A program made the translations under genes and the position numbers. Below are positions 39,575 through 53,050 of a stretch of DNA of 64,000 nt, piece after piece. The DNA lies in NCBI RefSeq assembly GCF_963921235.1, contig NC_086097.1, positions 246,328,001-246,392,000 on the forward strand, given 5' to 3'. This stretch comes from Mobula hypostoma (lineage: Eukaryota). The notes under the pieces were generated by a model. The model saw nothing but the letters and a program-made list of their open reading frames with translations, searched no databases and was not told the DNA's origin. How positions within the stretch are numbered: position 1 is the stretch's first letter; every line of letters begins with the position of its first letter.

Positions 39575-39968
39575 GGATAGCAGGGTGGAGATATGTCTCT
39601 ACCAAAGAAGGAGTATGGTGCTCCTTCCCTCCACAAGCCTGCAGGTCTCCCTTCAGCAAGATGTAGCACCTGTTTAGCTCCCCACTCCCCTTGATTACGG
39701 TCACGTGAAGCCATGGAAGGAGGTGGTGGTTGGTAGTATGAGGAGCTGGAGCACATCATGTCCTGGTTATGTGACCACTGATGCCAGGCAGACAATTGCA
39801 GAAGAGTATTGATAGTGGCTGGGGTTACCCATATTGTAAAGACACCGACCAGAAGAAGGCAATGGCAAATCGCTTCTGTAGAAAAATTTGCCAAGAACAA
39901 TCACGGTCATGGAAAGACTAAGATCACCCACATCATACGACATAGCACTCAATGATGATGATGATGAT
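39575..39968 (+). mobile_element. (GAT)n-tail non-autonomous retroelement, copy 2, nested in a Rex1-like fragment (about 39290-40800)
   Basis: Homology to copies 1 and 3; (GAT)n tail at about 39952-39968. Confidence 0.75.
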
Positions 39969-41110
39969 AGAAAGTATCTTTGAGCCTGGTGGTACATGCT
40001 TTTAGACTTCTGTATCTTCTGCCCAATTGGGTGTCTAGGGTGGGAGGGGTCTTTGATTACACTGGATGCTTTACTGAGGCAGTGAGAAGTTTAGATAAAT
40101 TCCATGGAGAGGAGGATGTGCTGAGCTGCGTCCACAGCTCTCTGAGGGTTTTTTATGGTAACATGATGCTCTCTATGGTGCATTGATAAAAATTAGAGTC
40201 ATAGAATCATAGAAAAATACAGTACAAAAACAGGCTCTTCGGCCTATCTAGTGGTAAAACCATTTAAATCATTTCCACACTCTCATCACCCTCTATGTGA
40301 AAAAGTTCCTCTCATGTCCCCCTGAAACATTTCACCTTTCACCCTTAACCCATGACCTCTAATTACGATCCCATCCAACCTCAGTGGAAAAAGCCTGTTT
40401 GCATTTACCCTATCTATACCCCTCATAATTTTGTATACCTCTATCAAATCTCCTCTCAATCTTCTACACTCCAAGGAATAAAGAATTAGTGAGGGTTATA
40501 GGGGACATGAGAAATTGCTTTAGCCTCCTGAGGAAGTAGAGGCATTGGTGTGTTGTCTTCTCCTTGAAATCTACATGGTTAGACCCGGATAGACTACTGG
40601 AGATAGTCACTCCTTGGAACACTAAGCTCTCAACCTGCTCAACCTCAGTACCCTTGATGTAAACAGGAGCATGTGCACTGTCCCCTTCTTCCTGATGTCA
40701 ACGCCCAGCTTTTTGCTGACACTGAGGGCAAAGGTTACTGCCATGACACCATGTCCCTAAGCAATCGATCTCCTTTCTGTACTCTGACTCACGGTTACTT
40801 GAGGTGATGGTAGGAAGGTCAGCCAGGACGATAACTTTATCAGGCAGGTTCAGGGTTGTAAGTGGAACAATTAGACAGGTTAATACATTTGGGCAGGTTA
40901 ACATAATTAAGCAAATTGACAGAGCCAGGCTGGTTTAGCGAGGATGTGGTTTCATAACCAGAACAACTTGATCTTCTTTTGCAATAAAATATATCACTGT
41001 GATCGAGTAGCTAGCAACTACTGAATAAACACAGTGCAGCAGCTAGGCTCCTAGTAACTATGTGTTTAAGGAACACTGAGCACATATGCTAAACTCTGTG
41101 ATAACATATA

Positions 41111-41163
41111 CTCAGTGACCATTTTATTAAGTACCTCCTGTACCTATTAAAGTGACCACTGAG
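41111..41163. mobile_element. 53-bp palindromic Tc1 mini-element
   Basis: CTCAGTGACCATTTTATTA...TATTAAAGTGACCACTGAG, i.e. two TIRs of the 4048 family with a short spacer. Confidence 0.75.
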
Positions 41164-41261
41164 TTTATACAGCCACAACTATAAGTCAATGAGAATGGGC
41201 CTGATAACACTCTGGGTCCTCCTGATGCATCAGATAAGTTGGGCTCTGCAATGAACTCCTC

Positions 41262-41560
41262 CAAGAGGACCACAACCCTGTCACGGTTTAGAGGCTTGCA
41301 TGCCTTAATGACCCAGAGAGCTAGGCTGGCTGGAGTCAGGGCTTTGTGCTTTGGCTCTTGGTAGGGTCACCCATGCCAAACAGGTCAAAGGGTAGAGGCT
41401 GGACTATGAGTGGTCCACCAATCCTTCAGGTTCGGAGGTTCAACTCAGGCTAACAACCCTGATTGGTCAAACAATATTGTTATGGAAACAGCAATGAAGA
41501 ACCCTTCTTCATCTGTGATGGAGGATCATCATTGCAGGTGTAATGGGCAGAAAGTAAGTG
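41262..41560 (+). mobile_element. RTE-derived non-autonomous element, second copy
   Basis: Homologous to 36970-37230; ends gtaatgggcagaaagtaagt. Confidence 0.65.
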
Positions 41561-41671
41561 AAATGAACTGCTTTGGAGTATCTGACTTTTAGATTACTCC
41601 ATCAATGACTGATATCTCTCTGGCCAGAGTACTTTGGCTGCATGCGTGGCACCCTACAAGAAAAGATAGGA

Positions 41672-44600
41672 GCATAGAAACATAGAAAACAGGTGCAGGA
41701 GTAGGCCATTCGGCCCTTCGATCCTGCACCATCATTCAGTATGATCATGGCTGATCATCCAGCTCAGAACCCTGTACCTGCCTTCTCTCCATACCCCCAG
41801 ATCCCTTTAGCCATAAGGGCCATATCTAACTCCCTCTTAAATATAGCCAATGAACTGGCCTCAACTGTTTCCTGTGGCAGAGAATTCCACAGATTCACCA
41901 CTCTCTGTGTGAAGAAATTTTTCCTCATCTGGGTCCTGAAAGGCTTCCCCTTTATCCTTAAACTGTGACCCCTCGTTCTGGACTTCCCCAACATCGGGAA
42001 CAATCTTCCTGCATCCAGCCTGTCCAATCCCTTTTAATTTTATACGTTTCAATAAGATCCCCCCTCAATCTTCTAAATTCTAGCAAGTATAAGCCTAGTT
42101 GATCCAGTCTTTCATCATATGAAAGTCCTGCCATCCCAGGAATCAATCTGGTGAACCTTCTTTGTACTCCCTCTATGGCAAGAATGTCTTTCCTCAGATT
42201 AGGGGACCAAAACTGCACACAATATTCCAGGTGTGGTCTCACCAAGGCCTTGTACAACTGCAGTAGTACCTCCCTGTTCCTGTAGTCGAATCCTCTTGCT
42301 ATGAATGCCAGCATACCATTCGCCTTTTTCACCGCCTGTTGTACCTGCATGCCCACTTTCAATGACTGGTGTACAATGACACCCAGGTCTCGTTGCACCT
42401 CCCCTTTTCCTAATCAGCCACCATTCAGATAATAATCTGTTTTCCTGTTCTTGCCACCAAAGTGGATAACCTCGCATTTATCCACATTAAATTGCATCTG
42501 CCATGAATTTGCCCACTCACCTAACCTATCCAAGTCACCCTGCATCCTCTTAGCATCCTCCTCACAGCTAACTCTGCCACCCAGCTTCGAGCCATCCACA
42601 AACTTGGAGATGCTGTGTTTAATTCCCTCGCCTAAGTCATTAATATATATTGTAAACAACTGGGGTCCCAGCACTGAGCCTTGTGGTACCCCACTAGTCT
42701 CTGCCTGCCATTCTGAAAAGGTCCCGTTTATTCCCACTCTTTGCTTCCTGTCTGCCAACCACATCAAACCATACCCCCAATACCGTGTGCTTTAAGTTTG
42801 CACACTAATCTCCTGTGTGGGACCTTGTCAAAAGCCTTGTGAAAATCCAAATATACCACATCCACTGGTTCTCCCCTATCCACTCTACTAGTTACATCCT
42901 CAAAAAATTCTATGAGATTCGTCAGACATGATTTTCCTTTCACAAATCCATGCTGACTTTGTCCGATGATTTCACCGCTTTCCAAATGTGCTGTTACAAC
43001 ATCTTTGATAACTGACTCTAGCATTTTCCCCACCACCGATGTCAGGCTAACCGGTCTATAATTCCCCGGTTTCTCTCTCCCTCCTTTTTTAAAAAGCGGG
43101 GTTACATTAGCCACCCTCCAATCCTCAGGAACTAATCCAGAATCGAAAGAGTTTTGAAAAATTATCACTAATGCATCCACTATTTCTTGGGCTACTTCCT
43201 TAAGCCCTCTGGGATGCAGACCATCTGGCCCTGGGGATTTATCTGCCTTTAATCCCTTCAATTTACCTAACACCACTTCTCTACTAACATGTATTTCCCT
43301 CAGTTCCTCCATCTCACTAGACCCTCAGTCCCCTACTATTTCAGGAAGATTATTTATGTCCTCCTTAGTGAAGACAGAACCAAAGTAGTTATTCAATTGC
43401 TCTGCCATGTCCTTGTTCCCCATGATCAATTCACCTGTTTCTAACTGTAAGGGACCTATATTTGTCTTAAGCAATCTTTTTCTTTTCACATATCTGTAAA
43501 AGCTTTTACAGTCAGTTTTTATGTTCCCTGCCAGCTTTCTCTCATGATCTTTTTTCCCTTTCCTAATTAAGCCCTTTGTCCTCCTCTGCTGGACCCTGAA
43601 TTTCTCCCAGTCCTCAGGTGTGCCACTTTTTCTGGCTAATTTGTATGTTTCTTCTTTGGAATTGATACTATCCCTAATTTCTCTTGTCAGCCACGGGTGC
43701 ACTACCTTCCCTGGTTTATTCTTTTGCCAAACTGGGATGAACAATTGTTGTAGTTCATCCATGTGATCTTTAAATGCTTGCCATTGCATATCCACCACCA
43801 ACCCTTTAAGTATCATTTGCCAGTCTATCTTAGCTAATTCACGTCTCATACCTTCAAAGTTACCCTTCTGTAAGTTCAGAACCTTTGTTTCTGAATTAAC
43901 TATGTCACTCTCCATCTTAATGAAGAATTCCACCATACTATGGTCACTCTTACCCAAGGGGCCTCGCACGACAAGATTGCTAACTAACCCTTCCTCATTG
44001 CTCAATACACAGTCTAGAATGGCCTGCTCTTTAGTTGGTTCCTCGACATGTTGGTTCAGAAAACCATCCCGCATACATTCCAAGAAATCCTCTTCCTCAG
44101 CACCCTTACCAATTTGGTTCACCCAGTCTACATGTAGATTGAAGTCACCCATTATAACTGCTGTTCCTTTATTGCATGCATTTCTGATTTCCTGTTTAAT
44201 GCCTCACTACTACTGTTAGATGATCTGTACACAACTCACACCAGCGTTTTCTGCCCCTTAGTGTTATGCAGCTCTACCCATATCGATTCCACGTCCTCCA
44301 GGCTAATGTCCTTCCTTTCTATTGCGTTAATCTCCTCTCTAACCAGCAATGCCACCCCACCTCCTTTTCTTTCATGTCTATCCCTCCTAAATATTGAATA
44401 TCCCTGAATGTTGAGCTCCCATCCTTGGTCACCCTGGAGCCATGTCTCTGTGATCCCAACTACATCATATTCATTAATAAGTATCTGCACATTCAATTCA
44501 TCCACCTTGTTACGAATGCTCCTTGCATTGACACACAAAGCCTTCAGGCTTGTTTTTACAACACTCCTAGCCCTTATACAATTATGTTGAAAAGTGGCCC

Positions 44601-45900
44601 TTTTTGATTTTTTCCCTGGTTTTGCCTGCCTGCCATTTTTACTTTTCACCTTACTACTTTTTGCTTCTACCCTCATTTTACACCCCTCTGTCTCTCTGCA
44701 CTTGTTCCCATCCCCCTGCCACATTAGTTTAAATCCTCCTGAACAACAGTAGCCAATGCTCCCCCAGGACATTGGTTCCAGTCCAGCCCAGGTGCAGTCG
44801 TCCTGTTTGTACTGGTCCCACCTCCCCCAGAACTGGTTCCAAAGCCCCAGAAATTTGAATCCCTCCCCCTTGCACCATTTTTCAAGCCACGTATTCATCT
44901 GATATATCCTCCTATTTCTACTCTGACTAGCACGTGGCACTGGTAGTAATCCAGAGATTATTACCTTTGTGGTCCTACCTTTTAGTTTATCTCCTAACTC
45001 CCTAAGTTCACCTTGTAGGACCTCATCCTGTTTTTTACCTATATCGTTGGTACCTATGTGCACCATGACCACTGGCTGTTCACTCTCTCACTCCAGAATG
45101 TCCTACAGCCGCTCAGAGACATCCTTGACCCTTGCACCAGGGAGGCAACATACCCTCCTGGAGTCTCATTTGCGGCCGCAGAAATGCCTATCTATTCCCC
45201 TTACAATTGAATCTCCTATCACTATAGCTCTCCCATTCCTTTTCCTTCCCTCCTGTGCTGCAGAGCCACCCATGGTGCCATGAACTCGGCTGCTGCTGCC
45301 TTCCCCTGATGAGACATCTCCCCCAACAGTATCCAAAACAGTATATCTGTTTAGGAGGGAGATGACCCCAGGGGACTCCTGCACTACCTGCCTACTGCTA
45401 TGCTGTCTAGTGGCCCTTTCTGCCTGTGTAGCCTTTACCTGTGGTGTGGCCAACTCACTGAACGTGCTATTCATGACTTTCTCAGCATCGCGGATGCTCC
45501 AGTATGAATCCAGTTGCAGCTCCAGCCGCTCAATGCGGTCTGCCAGAAGCTGCAGCTGGACACATTTCCTGCACAATCACTGGAAGTATCCCTGATTTCC
45601 CACATGCTGCAGGAGGAACAAACCACGGGGCCGATCTCAGCTGTCATGACCTACTCAATACGCTACAGCCTCGCCGCCTTCCTTGCTTCAAATAAAATAC
45701 CGCTGCAGACCATTCTCCTCACTTGGAGTGAAGCTCGTCCTCAGCCTCTGCTCGCTGAAGCTCTCGAGACAAAGCGTTCCTACTCTGTTCCCCTCTACTC
45801 CGTCGCCTGCTCCATCAAACTGCTCTCTTTTAAATACTCCCACTGCCTCACGGGCCAACTTACACGTGCTTGCGCAGTCCTGCCCCGATCAACCGCCGAA
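41672..45900 (-). mobile_element. Essentially full-length CR1 LINE with few frameshifts
   Basis: ORF1 CxxC/leucine zipper (CRKCVQLQLLADRIERLELQL) plus GDS esterase; APE (NARS, GITETW, GDFN, SDH); RT (GVPQGSVLGP, FVD); (agaaacat)n tail. Confidence 0.95.
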
Positions 45901-46534
45901 GATAACCTTTATTTGTCACATGTACATCGACACATGCAGTAAAATGCATGGTTTTATGTCACTGACCAACATGGTCTGGGAATTACGCTTGGGAGCAGCC
46001 CACAAGTGTCCCCACGCTTCCAGCGCCAACATTGTACGCCCACTACTTACTAACCCTCAGTCTTTGGAACATGGGAGGAAACCGGAGTACTTGAAAGAGA
46101 CCCATGCGGTCACAGGCAGACATTACTAATTTCTTACAGGCACTGGTGGGAATTGAACACTGATCTTACAACCATGCGCTGTCAAGCAATTGCACTAACT
46201 GCTGCACTAATGTGCAGCCCTGTTAAGATTTAGTATCTACAACGTGCCGTTATGGTAGAAATTTAATTTCAGCCAAGATCTTAAAATTTTTGAAATCTTC
46301 GAAAGGCACTGCCTCAAAAAGACAATATCTATCATTAAGTACCCCTACTACTTTCTTCTGATTGCTACCATCAGGGAGGAGGTACAGGAGGCAGAAGACA
46401 AAATACTCAATATTTCAGGAACAGCCTCTTCCCTCCGCTATCAGATTTCTGAACAGTCCACGAACCATGAACACGACCTCAGTATTTTACTCTCTTTTTA
46501 CACTACTTACTTATTTTTTACATATTTTTTATAT

Positions 46535-47020
46535 GCCACCAGACATTGTCCTAGTGCCTGAGTCTACTAAGCAAGTGGTGCTGCTGGAGCTGACAGTCCC
46601 ATGGGAAGATAGCTTGGAAGAGGCCTTTGAAAGGAAGCTCTCCAAGTATGCAGGACTGGTTAGCAACTGTCAGCAGGCTGGATGGAGAGCGAGGTGTCTC
46701 CCAGTGGAGGTTGGTTGTAGGAGATTCGTAGCCTGTTCCTTAGTTAGAGCCTTCAGCATTTTGGGCATTGAGGGAGAGAGGAAGAGGAGAGCCATCCGCA
46801 GTACCACCCATGCGGCAGAGAGGGCCTCAAGATGGCTGTGGCTCAAAAGAGGGGAGCCATGGAGTCATAAGTAGCTAGCCATCTGGACACAAGCTGGGGT
46901 CTGATCAGCCCCGGCTGGGTCATCTGGAGGAGGTTGTATGATGTTGAAAGACCCGAAACACCCGATGATTCCAGGAACATCACTGAAGATGTGTCCAGAA
47001 GCATCAATAGATGTATGTAC
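46535..47020 (+). mobile_element. 3' fragment of an RLE-encoding non-LTR retrotransposon (HERO/R2-group)
   Basis: PDIVL..LLELTVPWE...KLSKY...PVEVGCRRF..S..AAERASRWLWLKR is a PD-(D/E)xK restriction-like endonuclease C-terminus; inserted in a Rex1 tail. Confidence 0.85.
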
Positions 47021-50000
47021 ACAGCTTATTGTAACTTATGTAATTGTTTTTATGTAAGACACCAAATTTCACAACACGTCAGTGATAATAAACCTGATTC
47101 TGATTCAGTACGCTTTACCCATGCAACTTTTTAAGCAGACATTCCCAACAATACAACATTAAATATCCAAATTAGTACCGCTGGTTCAATGAATTGTATT
47201 TACTCATAGTGTTACAGATTCAGAGATTCAAAGTACATTTATTATCAAAGGTTGTATGATTTGTCTTCCCCACTGACAGTCACAAAACAAAGAAACACCA
47301 TGGAACCCGTTCAAAGAAAACATCAAGCTCCCAGCAAAAAACAAGGGAAAAACACAGAATGTAAAACATCAAACCATTGAATACCAGAAGGGTATTAACA
47401 TTTATTAATGTGGTTGAAATAACGAAAAATCTTAGGATCATAGCACCGATAAACACGGAATTGAAAGCATCATTTAAAACACTGAACTTAAATCTTTAGA
47501 TTTACAGAATTATTCAAGGCTCCAGCACTGTTGACGCTACAGGATAATTCTGCATAAAAATCACTCTAAGCAGTTTGGTTACAGCAATCTGCTGTTAGAA
47601 TATTTCAGTATTCTTGAGTGGGGAGCGGAAGGGAACTCTAGCTCAAAGGTTAAGAGACTAATTGGAAATGAATTGCCTGCTAACCTCTCTTGCTTTCTGC
47701 CCTGTCGCAGATGTTCTCTTTTCATCTCTCCTCCACTCCACTTACATGCTTATAGAACATAGAACACTGCGGCACAGTGCACAACTTTCGGCTTACAGGG
47801 TCAACTTTCGACCCTATAATCTACCCCAAGATCAATCTAACTCTTCCTTCCCACTTATAGCCTGCCATTTCCCCATCATCAACGTGCCTGTCTAAGAGTC
47901 TCTTAAATGTCTCTAATGTATCTGCGTCTACCACCATTCCTGGCAGGGTGTTCCATGCACCAACCACTGATATCCCCTCTATACTTTCTTCCAAACACCT
48001 TAAAGTTATGCCCCTTGATATTAGCCATTTCTGCCCTGGGAAAAAGTCTCTGACTATTTATTCAATCTATGTTTCTTATCATCTTGTAAACCTCTAGCAA
48101 GTCACCTCCCATCTTCCTTAGGAGAAAATCCCTAACTTTCAACCTTTCCTCAGGTTTATGTACACCCCTCAAGCATAATACATCTCTATATTTTGTCTAG
48201 TCATAATTAAAGGTTATCAACCAGAGTGATCCTTGGATTAACACCTTCCCATGTGGATAGTAGCTTCCGTGATACTAGAGGACTTCAATATTCTTGTCTA
48301 GTTTTCCAAAGAGAGATTCACCAAGAAGACACATCTTTTTGGAAGAGTTATGTGACCGCTTTGGAGTGGTGTGGTCAATGGGTCACACATGACCTCAATA
48401 GCCTTGTGTTAACATCAAGCTTCCAAAGGTTCTATTGGCATGGTAGCAGAGTGGTTAGCACAATGCTTTATAGTACAGGCAACATAGGATCAATTCCCGT
48501 TGCTGCACATTTTCCCCGTGACCGCATTGGTTTTCTCTGGGTGCTCGGGTTTCCTCCCATAATCCAAACACGTACTGTTTGGTAGGTGAATTGGTCATTG
48601 CAAATTATAAACAGGATTAAATCATGGGTGTGCCTTGAAGTGCCTATTCTGCACTGCACGTCAATAAATAAACTAAAAAGTTCAACAACATAAGCCAAAG
48701 CGAAGAAGAAAGCTGTGGTAAATACAGAAATTACTGGTGCTTCCGTTATATTTTCGAAGATCTCTGCTTGCACAGTAAACACTGAAATACTTGTTTATTA
48801 CTTTCCTTTGCTAACAACAGAACACAGCAGCAAGGGATGTTTAGTTGTGCTCTAATGAAGAAAAGAGACCTTTAACCTACCTGGAACAGTTATGTTCCCT
48901 GCCGTTGGATGGTACATTTCTAAAATGAGGTCATTGTGTATAACCTAGAAAGAAGAAATAAATATAGCCTTAGCTGCACAGTATGTCACAAATTGTGAGT
49001 ATTTGGCCACTTAAAAGTTGGCAGCTATTCTTACAAAAATCTACTCAGAAAATATATGGCCTTCTGCTATAAAATTCTATAATCCCAGGGAGAATGGGCA
49101 ATAATTTTGCAGCCTTGATTCTCACTCCATGCCCCTGTAAGCAGAGCCTCCCACTGGGAGCAGAAGGTTGTGGAAAAAGCTCAATAGACTGAAATAGTGG
49201 CTGTCATATAAAGGATATCATGTCAGTTCAGCAAACGCTTTAAAGTGCCAGCCCTATAATGAAATATCTAATGATTAATAAGCATTAAACTACTGAAATT
49301 TCCTACATCAAAATAAAAGTACATTTATTTCATTAGGAGTTTGAGGACATTTGCTACATCACTAAAGACTAGCAAATTTCTACAGATGCACCATGGAGAG
49401 CATTCTGACTGGTTGCATCATGCCAGCTCTGGAGGTGCGGATGCACAGGATCGGGAAAAGCTGTAGAGAGTTATAAACTCAGTCATTTCCATCATAGGCA
49501 CTAGTCTCCTCATCATCAAGGACATCTTCAAAAGACAATTTCTCATAAGGTGGCATCCTTCATTAAGAACCCACGCCACCTTCTTCTCACTACTACCATC
49601 AGGAAGGAGATATATGAGCCTGAAGAGAAACACTGAATGTTTTAGGAACAGCTTCTTCCCCTCTGCTATCAGATTTCTGAATGGACAGTCAACCCACAAA
49701 CATCATCAATTTTACTCTCTTTTTGCACTATTTATTTATTTTATATTTCTTATTGTAGCTTACAATAATTTTTTAATGCATTGCCCAGTACTGCTACCGG
49801 AAATTTTACAGCATGATTCTCATTCTGATTGAATGGCTTCAAAGGTGTTTCAAAGGTGCCCATTAATAGATTCATTGATATATAAATTTTATCACAATTT
49901 TGAGGGAAATTTGGCTTTGAAATTCAGAGTACTTTATTGGATCTTCAGCAAATGCCTGCATTTTACTGTTTTGGATCACCTTGCACCATAGACATGGGAA

Positions 50001-50947
50001 GCACATTAACACTCTACATTACGTCACACACAAGTTGCTGTAGAAATGCTCCTGTGCGTAACAGCATTTCAGTTACTGCACGGCCATGCACCCCTGCAGC
50101 TAGGAGGGAGCAGTGCACAAAATGCTGGAAGAACAAAGTAGGTCAGGCAGCAGCTATAGAGTCGACATAATATTGAGATAGGATTCTTCATTTCTATTTC
50201 CATAACATTTTTTTTGAACAGTCAGGCTTGTTAGCCCTGAGCTGAACCCCTTGAACCTGGAGAACCAGCATATGATGAGAAGGGAGGCCAACTCCCCATT
50301 CAAGACAGCACTTCATTGGACCCTGAAGGGCAGAGGAGGCCAAAGACAACTCAGTGCCATACAATAGAGGCAGAAATGAAGACCCTGAACCACACCTGGG
50401 GCACAATAGAGAAGATGGCTAAGGACAAGCAGAGATGGAGGACCTTCACTGCTGTCTTAAATGCCAGCGGTGTAACAGGCATTTGAAAGACGACAACGAC
50501 AATGATGATAATAATATTGAGACAAGTGATTCTGCAAATGCTGGAGCTCCAGAGTATCGCACACAACACGCTGGAGGAATTCAGCTGGTCAGGCAGCTTC
50601 AACACAGAAGAATAAACAGTTGACATAATATCGAGACAAGAGATTCTGTAACCCTGTTCATTGACCATGATCACCTACATGATAAGGCCTTTTTAATCAA
50701 AGTTGGAGATCCCATCCTTGTGAAAGATTTGAAGTACATTTATTATCAAAGTACATATGTGTATAGTATACAACCTTGAAATTTGTATTCATCCAGGCAG
50801 CCACAAAAAAACACAATAAAGCCTTTAAAAGACTTCACTTCACAAGACCATCGGACACCCAGTGTTCAAAATAAAAGACAGATTGCGCAAACAATATAAA
50901 GTAACCAAAGAACATTAACCACAGAGTCATTTCAGTTCATTCTACTC

Positions 50948-51433
50948 ATGATCATCATCACGTGCCATGTCGTATGACGTAGTCATACGTTCTGGTTGGG
51001 CAACCACTGATGCTAGGCAATCTTTGAAGATTATTGTTAACGGCTGGGGTCACTCAGTTTGTAAAGATACTGCTCAGAAGAAGGCATGGTCTTTCATCAT
51101 GATTGCTCTTGGCAAATTTTTCTACAGAAGTCGCTTGTCATTGCTTTCTTCTGGGCAGTGTCTTTACAAGATGGGTGACCCCAGCCCTTATCAATACTCT
51201 TCAGAGATGGTCTGCCGGGCGTCAGTGGTCGCATTACCAGGACTTGTGATAGGCACCAGCTGCTCATATGGCCATTCACCACCTGCTTACAGGGCTTCAC
51301 GGGACCCTGATCGGGGTGGGGGGGGGGGGCTCATCAGGTGCTACACCTTGCCCAAGGGTGACCTGCAGGCTAGCGGAGGGAAGGAGCACCTTACACCTCC
51401 TTTGGTAGAGACATATCTCCACCCAGCCACCCG
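50948..51433 (-). mobile_element. (GAT)n-tail non-autonomous retroelement, copy 3, with inverted internal segment
   Basis: Homology to copies 1 and 2; 50990-51086 is an opposite-strand copy of about 51143-51241. Confidence 0.75.
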
Positions 51434-53050
51434 TCATTGTACTACCTACAACAGAAGCAGCCTCTTATCAGAGTACATCGATGCAGCGCTGCTGGATTTT
51501 GTGGCAAATATAACACGAGAGCAGGTGATGAGATGTTCAGTAAAACCTGAAAATCTGGAAACACTCAGGCCATATCTGTGCAACGAGAAACAGAGGCAAT
51601 GCTATGAGGTCAAAGTCCCTCTATCTGAATCAGAATCAGATTTAATATCACTGGCATTTATTGTGAAATTTATTGTTATGCAGCAGCAGTACAATGCGAT
51701 ACATAATCAGATAAACTGTGAATTACAGTTTATATAATTTATATATATATATATATAGTTGAATGCAGTAAGTTGTGCAAAAATAGGAGTGAGGTAGTGT
51801 TCATGGGTTCAATGTCCATTCAGAAATCAGATGGTGGTGGGGAAGATGCTGTTCCTGAATCACTGAGTGTGTGCCTTCAGGCTTCTGTACCTCCTTCCTA
51901 ATGATAACAATAAGAAGAGGGCACGTCCGGGGTGATTTGGGGGGGGGAGTCCTTAATAATGGATGGTGCCTTTCTGAGGCCTGCTCTTTGAAGTTATCCT
52001 GGAGACTGGGGAGGCATGTGTCCATGATGGAACTGACTGAATTCACAACTTTCTGCAGCTTATTTCAATCTTGTGCAGTGCCCCCCCCCCCACCGGCCCC
52101 TACGTACCAGACGCTGAGGCAGCCGAACAGTTCTAACAAGGGTCATTGATCAATACAGCATGGATACAGGCCCTTCAGGCCAATGAGTCTAATCCGACCA
52201 CAGCGCCCACCCACCTAGTCCCAATTTCGTGCGTTCAGCTCATATCCTCCCAGCCCTCACCTCTCCATGTACCTATTCAAGTGCTAAGTGCTTCTTAAAT
52301 GGTACTATTGTACCCGGTGCAGCCACTTCCTCTGGCAGCTTGTTCCATATACTCGCCACCTTCCGTGTAAATATGTTGTCCCTCAGGTTTATTTCCTCTC
52401 ACCTTAAACCCATGACCCCGAGATTTAGACTCCCCTACCACGGGGGAAAGACTGCCACCATCTGTCTTATCAATTGTTCTCAGAACTTTAAAACATTTCT
52501 GTAAGGTCACCTCTCATTCACCTACATTCAACGTCAAAGTAAATTTATCATCAAACTACGCACATGTCATCATATACTACCTTGAGATTCATTTTCTTGC
52601 CAGCACTTATAGGAATATGACGGAACAATGAGAAACTATACACGTGCCATAGTAGCGTGGCAGTTAGCGTGACACTGTGACAGCTCAGGGCGTTCCTGAG
52701 TTTGGAGTTCCAGTCCAGCACCGTTCTGTAAGGAGTCTCTGTACATCCTCCCGGTTGAAAGCGTGGATTTTCCCCGGCTGCTCCAGTTCCCTCCCTCAGT
52801 AACAAGGTGTACCAGGTACGTTAATGGGTCATTGCAAATTGTCCTGTGATTACGTTAGGGTTAAATCCAGGTTGTCGGGGGTTGCTGGGGTGTGGTCTGA
52901 AGGGCTGGAAGGGCCTACTCCACATTGTATTGCTAAATCAATAAATATAGACCTGCAAATGGTGCAAAAGAAATACTGAGAACAATGTGAAATATAAATA
53001 ATATTGAGGACAGCCTGGCCCACTGACAGAGAGATGTCTAAAATATCCTC

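Noticed and set aside
41265..41320. Possible HDV or twister ribozyme in the RTE 5' UTR
   Set aside because: Only two simple hairpins found; P2 pairing and twister consensus could not be built
44236..45072. Apparent natural esterase-endonuclease fusion ORF
   Set aside because: The DGLH esterase motif is out of frame (QDDCTWAG), showing compensating indels in this copy
46930..46965. TGATG...GAAAC in the HERO-like 3' UTR as a hammerhead
   Set aside because: No CUGANGA core or NUH cleavage geometry
50967..51737. 256-aa ORF
   Set aside because: Runs across a non-coding repeat, a G-run and a Rex1 tail; no domain character
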